NCBI GenBank assembly: GCA_002269645.1
Contig: NIVC01002032.1
Coordinates: 46,008 to 110,007 of the forward strand
From: Macrostomum lignano
Lineage: Eukaryota
Reading direction: 5' to 3'
Length of the DNA: 64,000 nt
The notes under the pieces were generated by a model that did not search any database, was not told where the DNA came from, and saw only the letters and a program-made list of their open reading frames with translations. Shown here one piece after another: positions 35,461 to 64,000 of this stretch; within the stretch, counting starts at the first letter, position 1; every line of letters begins with the position of its first letter. Position numbers and translations under genes: made by a program.

Positions 35461-36364
35461 ACCTTCAGAACCTTCGAGACATCTTCGGAAACGTAAATTT
35501 TGCATTAACACCCCCAAAAAAAGAGTCAATCAGAAGGTTTCTAATCCAGATTCAAAACAATTTCTCTGACCATAAGAACACAAAATCTATAGCTTAAATA
35601 ATCTTGGTGGCTGGCTTACGCACAGTTCCGTATTTTTTACGACTTTCGGGAGATCAAGTCCAGCGCAATCAGCATTTACAGCGTCGAACAACCCAGCGCT
35701 GTATACCTGGAATTGCGGGAGCCGTATAGTCTTGGGTTTGATAATCAAAAAAGCATCTAAATATGGAAGCTGGTTCCCCGCATAGGGAGACGGTCCGTGA
35801 TGTTGGGGACTTTTTAAACAAACGAAAGCAGTTTCTGCGGCAACTCTATCAGATCCAACTGCATGGTGTGGTGACAAAGTGGACAAGCAAAACTTCTGGT
35901 GAATGTTTATAATCTCTCGCAAGTCTGCTTCAGAGTTTTTATAGTTTATAGTTTCAAGAAACAAGAGCAATTCAAGTATAAATAAAGGCCATTGCTTCGC
36001 TGACACTGGCAATAAAAATGCACATAGCGTGTATAAATTCGCTTTCACTATATAGTTGCTAAGCGGGGGCATTTAGCTAGTAATTCCCATCATCATCATC
36101 GGAAATTTCAGTACCTATTGACCACGCGACAGACTGGCTGCCTGCGTTACGGTTATCACAGCTTGTATTATATATATAATGTGTGCGATGCATAAGATCC
36201 AGAATTAGTCCTTTACTCGGGCGACTCTATTTACCAAATTTATTGCAATGCATAGCAACTACTTCTGTAAGTTGAAGTTCGAAAGTTTGGAAACTTTCGA
36301 TTTTCGGCGATTGGACTGGCTCTTAACTTAGTCTTGGGAAATTGGGATTTTGATTTTTGATAGA

Positions 36365-37482
36365 GAAAGATGGGATCTAGTTAGAGGGAGATGGGATTTA
36401 GATAGAAGGAGATGAGACTTAGAGGGAGATGGGATTTAGATAGAGGGAGATGGGATTTAGATAGAAGGAGATGGGATTTAGATAGAGGGAGAGGGATTTA
36501 GATAGAAGGAGATGAGACTTAGAGGGAGATGGGATTTAGATAGAGGGAGATGGGATTTAGATAGAAGGAGATGGGATTTAGATAGAGGGAGAGGGATTTA
36601 GATAGAAGGAGATGAGACTTAGAGGGAGATGGGATTTAGATAGAGGGAGATGGGATTTAGATAGAAGGAGATGGGATTTAGATAGAGGGAGATGGGATTT
36701 AGATGGAGGGAGATGGGATTTAGATGGAGGGAGATGGGATTTAGATGGAGGGAGATGGGATTTAGATAGAGGGAGATGGGATTTAGATGGAGGGAGATGG
36801 GATTTAGATAGAGGGAGATGGGATTTAGATAGAGGGAGATGGGATTTAGATAGAGGGAGATGGGATTAAGATAGAGGGAGATGGGATTTGGAGTGAGGGA
36901 GATGGGATTAAGATAGAGGGAGATGGGATTTAGATTGAGGGAGATGGGATTTAGATGGAGGAGATGGGATTTAGAGTGAGGGAGATGGGACTTAAAGGGA
37001 GATGGGATTTAGATGGATGGAGATGGGATTTAGATAAAGGGAGATGGAATTTAGAGTAAGGGAGATGGGATTTAGATGGAGGAGATGGGATTTAGATGGA
37101 TGGAGATGGGATTTAGATTGAGGGAGATGGGATTTAGATTGAGGGAGATGGGATTTATATAGAGGGAGATGGGATTTAGATGGAGGAGACGGGATTTAGA
37201 TGGGTGGAGATGGGATTTAGATTGAGGGAGATGGGATTTAGATTGAGGGAGATGGGATCTAGATAGAGGGAGATGGGATTTAGATGGAGGGAGATGGGAT
37301 TTAGATTGAGGGAGATGGGATTTATATAGAGGGAGATGGGATTTGGAGTGAGGGAGATGGGATTAAGATAGAGGGAGATGGGATTTAGATTGAGGGAGAT
37401 GGGATTTAGATAGAGGGAGATGGGATTTAGATGGAGGAGATGGGATTTAGTTAGAGGGATGGAGATGGGATTTAGAGTGAGT
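36365..37482 (-). repeat. 20-21-bp minisatellite (AGAGGGAGATGGGATTTAGAT)n, reverse complement of the 33330 array
   Basis: Units are complementary to those of the 33330 array. Confidence 0.93.
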
Positions 37483-38468
37483 AAGCTATATCAAGTAGGC
37501 TCACTGATTCCCACTGTCCGTGCCAGATTCCCCTCAAGTGGGAGGCAAGCCAAGGGTCAGAAATTTGCAGATTTTTCTGCTTCAAGAGAGTAAAAGACAA
37601 GCTCAACAACATTTAGCAATAATAATATTCATGCTCGTGTTTCATACATCCTTGACTGACTTTTAGGACAGGTGAGGGAGGTGCTGTGGGACCCTCTCAA
37701 ATCTGCCCATCAAATTCTGCAATCACTTTACGTGTTTCTGTTGCTTCCAGAAGCCAAGCATTGAAAAGAAAAAGAATTTTTTTCCTGATCAGACAGACTA
37801 GGAGGAGATTGAGGGAGATGCGGACCATTGCGAAAGAAGGACCGACAGACACAATGGGTTGAAAAAAAGCAGACAAAAATCAAAGAACAGACGGCTTGAG
37901 CGTTTCACGAGTCGGATGCTGTTTATAATAAACCATCTGTTGAGGAAATGAGAAGTTTTTTTTAGTCGAGCTGCATTGGGATTCAGACATTGTATCATTT
38001 TCTGTCTAATAAAGCTGCAGTCTTTATAATATAATATAATATAACTCTATCAAGACTTCTCTTCCCAAGGCGATTATTAATATGTTGGACTGCAATTTTA
38101 TCATATTCCATATTTTCATTACTTCAACTATAGAATGCCTTCACCCATCTGTCAAGTAGTTCGTAAGGCGATTCGTGTTTAATCATTGAGATGAATTTCA
38201 GTAGCTTGTTGTCGTGTTTATTAATTATATACCCACTGGCAACATGTTGCCGAATTCAGTATTTTTAGAAATATTTCAATCGAAATTTTCTGCCCCTCAT
38301 ATACAGATTTACGATGTCATTTTTGTGATGTAAGATATGCAATGAGTGATGACATACAAGGGTTCCTTGTGACCGAAACTTGATATTGATGGTACGAGCT
38401 GACTACTAATTATGCTTTTTGGTTTGACGTGTGGGTCATTTTAGCTCGTAGAACCACTTTAAAACTGA

Positions 38469-39326
<858 letters not shown>

Positions 39327-39964
39327 TAATTATGTCAAATGAGCAATATTATTAATGATTCAAAACTTCTCCAATGGAATTTTTTACAACGAATTTAACC
39401 CCATAGGCCCCATATTGCAACTGGGATATTGGAGATTGGATAAGAATTAGAATCAGAAATTTGCAAGCAAGCGAAGCTCTTAGTTGCTATGAGGACAGAC
39501 TGATTCACGCCCACCACACGACCAGCCCCCCCCCCCGGAGGGGCTCCACAAGGGCCACCCACATCAACCAGCAGAAAGGCACAAAGGTGCAGCGAGGCGA
39601 GATGAACAGTTGGGCTTCTCCGTTCTCCCTGCAGATCCCCGCCCCGCATGCGCGCCTCTTACAAGTGGCAGGTAGGAACGGGTCGGTCTGAGGAGCTGCC
39701 GCCCCCCTGAGGGATGAGTAGGGGGGGGGGAAATGAAATTTTAAAAATCTGCGGGTTTTTCTAAGAATAGTCTACGATACAAGAACTTGAAGAGAAGATG
39801 AAGGGTTGCTGTTGCACCTAGGCTCACCCAGTGGCCGCGCAATAAGTCAAGACTGAATTGATTGTTCAAGGAGATTTTGATAGAGAATCTGGTAGAGTTG
39901 ACATCTTATCCTAGGGCAACCCTCGATTTTCGACAGTTTCTTTTTCAAGCTTATCCTGAAGTTT

Positions 39965-40150
39965 TAAGCTATCATGAAGTCTTGAGCTAATCACTAAGCT
40001 TCGAGAGCTTATCATGAAGTTTCGAGAGCTTATCATGAAGATTCGAGCTTATCATAAAGTTTTGAGCTTATCACTAAGCTTCGAGAGCTTATCATAAAGT
40101 TTTAAGAGCTTATCATGAAGTTTTGAGAGCTTATCATGAAGTTTTGAGCT
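39965..40150 (+). repeat. About 21-bp repeat (GAGCTTATCATGAAGTTTYGA)n
   Basis: About 8 diverged units. Confidence 0.85.
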
Positions 40151-40388
40151 CCTATCAAATCTGCATCATTGTGGTGTAAAACAGGGTGACAATCCAGATT
40201 ATTTGTTTCAAGATCACCTTACACTGCACCACGCGCCACTGAAGCGAGCGAGTGAGTCACCGGGCCACTCTTCTTCTAAAAGCTAAGTAAGACTCCACGC
40301 GCGCAACACGCCCTGCTGCCTTAGCTCTAACCCCTATACATCATATCCCCATAACTTCCACCGCAGATGAGCAATTAGACACACAATT

Positions 40389-58574
<18,186 letters not shown>

Positions 58575-59220
58575 TTGACAAAGGCTGAAATGAATGAATT
58601 TAAGCATTAGTGATTACCAGTAATTATAACAATAATCGTATTCACTAAAGAAAAGTCCTTCACTAGTAGTTACCGGAATTCCCATAATTACTCAGCTTTT
58701 ACTCCATTTGCGCCCCAGTAAGTATGTATAGTCTAAGCTATTTAAATACTTATAGTCTACGAGCATATAAATCAACCAACAGACTCTACTAAAGATCATT
58801 TCATATTCATATTACAATCTAACTTGCTATAGAAAGTACTTCATTACTTGACTGAAATAATATAAATGATAGGATATCATCATTACTATTATCATACTAT
58901 TATTATGAATAAAATTATATACATCTCGGATCATTTGTGACCAAACAAGAATGATTCAAAATTTCTTGACTACAAATTTGCCCAAATAAGCTTGTTTTTT
59001 TATTTAGTCTTCCATGCATTTCTAGGTTTCATTAACGACGAAAAGTGTATTCATGATTTCAATGCATTAACCTGCATTTAAAAACGAGAAGCACTTCTTG
59101 TTTCCTATGCTATAGCAATACCATACTGGACTATTTCAGTGTTACTGTTATTTTGAAATTGACATATATTGCAACGAACCTAATATTGCGTTGCTTTTTA
59201 GTTGTAACTGCCTAATAAAA

Positions 59221-59460
59221 TTTATAATGAACCAGGCAGAACTTTGTGTCAAGTTTGTTCTGTTTTGACTATTGTCATTGAAACACTCCCGTAAATCTAG
59301 CCGCATGCCATCCTCATAAAAAATTTAAATGTTTGCGACAGCTATAAATCAGGATATTTTGCAAAGATTTAGACACTTTATTTATAAAATTTAATTTTAT
59401 AATGAACCAGGCAGAACTTTGTGTCAAGTTTGTTCTGTTTTGACTATTGTCATTGAAACA
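59221..59460 (+). repeat. Identical 65-bp direct repeat (59221-59285 and 59396-59460) around a 110-bp spacer
   Basis: TTTATAATGAACCAGGCAGAAC...ATTGTCATTGAAACA is present twice. Confidence 0.9.
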
Positions 59461-61943
59461 TTGAAACATATTTCGAATCGGTTATAAAATGTTTACGAAT
59501 CCATAACAGTACAAGAAACAAAGTCTAACAGTCAAACAGAAGTCAAACAGAATCCAACTTGCGTGTCTTTCAGCACCAGAATCCTGCTGAATTTTACGCT
59601 TCAGTCCTCAGGACACCAGCGTCGGATGAAATCTTATTAATATTTTCCAGTTCTTGTTGAATAATCTTTATTGATAATATCTACAAATAAAAGTATAGTT
59701 TATCTGTGTAAAAGCTTTTTATTTATTTAATTATTTAATTGGTAAAACATTGCAACTGAATAATATTTTTCTTTTTACTAATTTAATACAAAAATTATAT
59801 ATTTGTTAAACTTTACTGAACGGATTTATTTTCTATGTACAGTTCTTTCACGTAATAGAAAAAGCTACAACGTGCATTTCGCAGCAAATAGGCCCTATAC
59901 TATATCATATCACTATCAGTCGAATATCAAGCCTACATAGATACAGTAACTGTTAAGGAAGGATGGAAAACTTATGGTTGATTTGCATCCCTTTCGCTTT
60001 ATCCTTTGTGCTTTGTGATTTTCAAGTTACTTTTGGTTTTAATTTTTTGATAAATTTCACTTGCTCGAGTAAAAAGCACATCTTACTCTTGACGTTTGAA
60101 CATTCGTTATCATTTGACCCGTGACATTGGTCAAGTAGTCAAAAATTACAAAACACGTTTTTTATTTTAACACCTATTAGTTAGTTATATTAGGCCTATC
60201 GTGTATTTACCTATTAGGTTAGTTAGATAGGCCTAGGCTGGGCCTACTCTGATCACCTGGCCTAGTAAAAAGTTAGGCCTTGGCCTTAAAAAAAATTTTT
60301 TTAGGCCTTGCATATATTTAGTGTCGTCCAGACAAGCTTGAGTCTTTTAGACAGTTTCATTAAGCTGAAGCACAAAAAAGCTTGCTTTCCAAAACTACAA
60401 TTTTGTAAGCTTACTAAAACAATTCCTATGCCTTTTTGGGTTTTATAATACTTAGGTTTTATAATTATATTATAGGGCCTAGCTTTCTTTTTACTAAAAA
60501 TATTATATTAACTAAATTAGGCCTATACAATCAGGATAGCCAAAAGCTTGTCAATAAAAATAAAAAATGTTTTTATTCATTGCTAAAGGGTGTAGGCCTA
60601 ATCCAAGCTAGACACTAGACCCTAATGTGAGTATTTTTGTGATTGTCTGTTTTGTATACCTAAAGGCTAAACATTTCTTATTGGCTATATATTTTATAAA
60701 ATAGATAATGCAGACAATCCAATTTTAGGCTTATAATGAATAGGATTGGAATCCCTATTTAAAATTTTACTAGTGTTGTATTAGATCACTATAGCAAGTA
60801 TAAAACTATAACAGTAGTATATTTATTAGTCAAAAAGTAGTGCCCTATTAACAAATAAATTTTCAAATTTATATTTGGCCTATATCTACAAATTTGCTAT
60901 ATAGGCCCATAAATATTATTCTAAAATAGATAAATAAGTATAAGTTAGTTAATTCTAAATAGGTCTAGTATAGGCCTACTTAAACTTTAATAAAGATATC
61001 TTTGAAGTATAAAGTACTATACCAATGGCTATTAGTATTGGTATTTAAGCATTATATTAGTTATAAGCTAGCTTTTATATAGTTCAAGTTTGAAAATTTT
61101 AGATATATTGTTTGCATATAAGCATGCCAACTGATTTCATTCATGCTAAATACTGACTACATAGTTTAAGGAATGATAAACTTTGTCACATAGGCCATAT
61201 GTGGCCCATAAAGCCTCTCTATCTTGCCCTTCAGTCTTTTATAAAACTTCAAAACAACAATTTGACTAGCTTATCATTTGTTTCCTTTGTTTTCTTTCTC
61301 CCCTTTTCTTTCTTTTTTCTCTTCTTCCTAGAGGTTAGTTAGGAAATGTCTATTGTTTTTTTGTTGTCTATTTGTTACTTGTAAAGAACAAAGATTCTAT
61401 CCAGATGTCCCCTATCAGGTGGCAAAGATTGCTAGTCCAACCCTAAAAAGGAATTAGGAACAGGTCTTTTGATTCAAAATTTGTAGATTTAGTAATTTCT
61501 AAGTGTTATTTTGTTGTTGGTTATAAAACTTTGCATCTATTCTATCATTTTTCACCTTTGGCTTTTGATCTTGATGTTGTTGGTTCAATTTTGTTCAACT
61601 CTATATGACCTACAAACTACAGTACACTAGTAAAGACCTAACCCTGATTCCCAAATCTTGATCATGATCCCAAGAAAAAGATTAATCCCAATCCCACCCA
61701 ATGATTTCAATCCCATCCAACCTCTAATTCTCCCCCTCCTCTTATCTCTCCTCTGATCTCTTTTCTCATCTGGACATGCTCTAGCAATGATACTAGGCCA
61801 TTAGATAGATGACTGGGTAAATACTAAATTTACTTTTTTCTAAAATTCTACAAATATTTTCTCACAAACATCAGTTATTCCAATAGTAATTTCAAATTAT
61901 TTATTTTTAACCTGATTGTGGCAATTTGATTTTAGTCGAAGTA

Positions 61944-62928
61944 CGAGGGGTGTCCAAAAAGTAGTGATACTTTTAACTGTAGCTTCTCGTTCTATAGCTT
62001 CCTGTGATTTAAAATTTTATGAACTGATAGCGGCAAATCTCTTCTACAGACTGCTTTTTTAATTTTTAAAATTGATACTAGAAAACAAAAGTTATACCCA
62101 TGAAAGTAACAGTACCTGTACCAGAGAGTTACACAAATTATAGGCTGAGCTTCACGAGATCCATGCCGAGTAAGCTTTGATGAATTGTTGATTTCGGTTT
62201 GTCCAACCTGTTAGCGATCTCTCTAATGGTCATTCGGGAGTCCTCGTCAAGAAGATTCAGAATGGAGTCCCCCAGTACATCAGGTCGATGAACTTATGGC
62301 CGCCCCGTCTGATGCTGATCTGCCAAGTCAGTCCTTCCCTCGCTGAACTGCTCCATCCATCGATAAACTGTCATTTTGCTGACCATAGAGGATCCATGCG
62401 CAGAGCAAAGTTTTGCGTGAATTTCTGAGGCACTATGGCCAGCACCCCAAAGAGTGAAGATAGTACTTTGCTGAGCAACAACTGAGTGCACATCCATGTG
62501 TGTTATTGAGTACAGGCAATGAAATCATTGCAAAATGCAAGCTCCTCTGTTTTGCAAGTAAAGTAATGAATTTAATGCTTTATTTTTCTATGCATGATTC
62601 TGGCCATAGACAAATTTCAGTCAGTCACAGTGAACATAATTTTGCAATTGGGCTTTGGTATTGCTTAAACAAGACATTTATCGATGCCTTCTTAATGAAT
62701 AAGTGCAGAAGTCGACTATCATAAATTTTGATACAGTTTGTGTAACTCTCTGGTACAGGTACTGTTACTTTTGTGGGTATAACTTTTGTTCTCTGGTATC
62801 AATTTTAAAAATTCAAAAAGCAGTCTGTAGAAGAGATTTGCCGCTATCAGTTCATAAAATTTTAAATCACAGGAAGCTATAGAACGAGAGCTACAGTTAA
62901 AAGTATCACTACTTTTTGGACACCCTCG
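61944..62928 (-). mobile_element. Non-autonomous mariner (985 bp) with about 194-bp TIRs, TA TSD and a disrupted transposase DNA-binding remnant
   Basis: TA|CGAGGGGTGTCCAAAAAGT.../...ACTTTTTGGACACCCTCG|TA. The minus strand 62497-62294 reads SEIHAKL...VYRWMEQFSEGRTDLAD..TGRP*, then in another frame DEDSRMTIREIANRLDKPKSTIHQSL. There is no catalytic domain. Confidence 0.92.
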
Positions 62929-63002
62929 TAAATTAAGGGTCTCATAGATTACACCTATAAAACTTATGTTTCAGCTGATATTAACCAATTCTAAGCACAC
63001 CA

Positions 63003-63214
63003 ATGGGTACCGATCTTCGCGAACAAGTACTTCTATTCCTTGACTTCATGTCGAAATATTCGCACGTCGATTTGCAACTGCTAACCCTGCGCCAACTGTT
63101 GGCCCAGTTCGAAAAGGAGACAGATTCGTTGCTTAATCGGCGTGAGCGGCGAATGTTTGCCGAGTTGACTGTCGCTTTTGTTGCTAGGCGACAAGAAGCT
63201 GCAGTGCAGCTGCG
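63003..63214 (+). CDS. First coding exon of a gene with a HIRIP3-N/DEK-C-like helical domain; continues beyond the window
   Basis: MGTDLREQVLLFLDFMSKYSHVDLQLLTLRQLLAQFEKETDSLLNRRERRMFAELTVAFV resembles HIRIP3 DLSTLTHSIVRRRYL...LEPEEKQALKRLV. Strong donor CG|GTGAGT. AG acceptor 7 nt upstream of the ATG. Confidence 0.6.
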
Positions 63215-63264
63215 GTGAGTATGTAATGAGGGGTCGTCACACACACACACCCTCGATACACATA

Positions 63265-63408
63265 ACTATTGCTGGTACACAATTTACAGGTGGATAAACT
63301 GAAGCAATGCAGATTTAAGTGTCTTGCTCAAGGACACAAATTGTTCCGAGTGGGATCGGGAATAGAACCCCCAACCTTCAAGTCAAATCTGACGCTCTAA
63401 CCACTAGG
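63265..63408 (+). mobile_element. SINE 3' part with an L2/CR1-like tail
   Basis: GCTGGTACACAATTTACAGGTGG...AAGTGTCTTGCTCAAGGACACA...GAACCC..ACCTTC...CTGACGCTCTAACCACTAGG is a typical invertebrate SINE tail. Confidence 0.55.
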
Positions 63409-63980
63409 TTAGAGTTTTTACTTTTTAAGAAACCTTTTTACTTTGGGACTAGATATAGAATCTAGTGCTCAGAGTGCACAGCGGGCCAGAGAGAGAAGAG
63501 AGGAGATTTGGGACGAAAAGAGAGAGGAAGGGGGGGAGTATAGAGGAGGGGAGAGAGGAGGAGAGGAGAAGAGAAAGGAGGAGAGGGAGAGGGGAGAGAG
63601 AAGGAAAGGGGAGGGGAGAGAGGAGGAGAAAGGAGGGCAGAGAGGAGGATAAAGGAGGGCAGAGAGGAGGAGAAAGGAGGGCAGAGAGGAGGAGAAAGGA
63701 GGGCAGAGAGGAGGAGAAAGGAGGGCAGAGGAGGAGGAGAGAGAGTGGGGGGAGGGGAGGGGAGGGAAGAGAGGAGGGGAGAAAAAAGAGAGGAGGAAGG
63801 GAGAAGAGAGAGTGAGGAGGGGAAAGAAAAGAGAGGAGAGGGAAGATGAGAGGAGAGAGAGAGAAGAGACTAACCTGGAGCGGGCCGGATTGTAATTGTG
63901 AAGTTTCAAAGGACCGGATGGCCGGATAGAGAGCTGATAGTGGGCGCAGTGGTCCGCTGGCCGAAGTTTACCGACCCCTA
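63409..63980 (-). mobile_element. hAT MITE family copy with GA tract, inserted in the SINE tail
   Basis: The reverse complement of 63870-63980 (TAGGGGTCGGTAAACTTCGG...CTCTCTATCCGGCCATCCGGTCCTTTGAAACTTCAC) matches the left end of the 15269 element. CTCTAACC(ACTAGG) is duplicated on both sides (63395 and 63981). Confidence 0.75.
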
Positions 63981-64000
63981 CTCTAACCACTAGGCTGCAA

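Noticed and set aside
34975-35496. Collagen-like (GPS)n ORF with an upstream ATG, and (GPE)n on the opposite strand; the unit also spells a cUUCGg tetraloop
   Set aside because: A 9-bp satellite with essentially no codon variation, a frame-breaking deletion, no signal peptide and no splice context. The tetraloop stem is only 2 bp.
35587-36072. 161-aa ORF with NQLPYLD, reminiscent of the Penelope RT LPFLD motif
   Set aside because: A single short motif with no other RT or GIY-YIG motifs recognised. It needs an HMM search.

Overview
This is eukaryotic (animal) genomic DNA. GC-rich exons, AT-rich spacers, minisatellite-filled introns and candidate trans-splice acceptors point to a Macrostomum-like flatworm; that assignment is inference only. 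I can assemble six intron-containing genes by hand: NOP2 (minus, runs off the left edge), Endonuclease V (plus, one frameshift), a PAF-acetylhydrolase IB alpha-type protein lacking its catalytic Ser and His (plus), a compact Prospero/Prox gene (minus), a 14-exon FHAD1 orthologue (minus, one frameshift), and the first exon of a HIRIP3/DEK-C-like gene (plus, runs off the right edge). Mobile DNA includes a Tc1 DD34E element with IR/DR ends, a deleted long-TIR mariner, a deleted Merlin, a MULE-like MITE, a palindromic MITE, four copies of a hAT MITE carrying CT/GA tracts, a Helitron-like 5' end and a SINE tail. About 35 tandem arrays are present, and most long six-frame ORFs are artefacts of them. 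The most unusual signals are four. (1) Both head-to-head intergenic regions contain kb-long CpG-free tracts with a strongly over-represented TAGGCCTA palindrome and a C>T/G>A-hypermutated TE copy (RIP-like). (2) PAFAH1B, and perhaps ENDOV, appears to lack its own start codon and begins in frame right after an acceptor, as expected if a spliced leader supplies the AUG. (3) 18 of 23 introns carry private minisatellites, many sharing AATC/GATT cores and small hairpins. (4) Two satellite pairs are arranged as inverted arrays. No rRNA, tRNA or CRISPR array was recognised. All coordinates and counts were made by eye.
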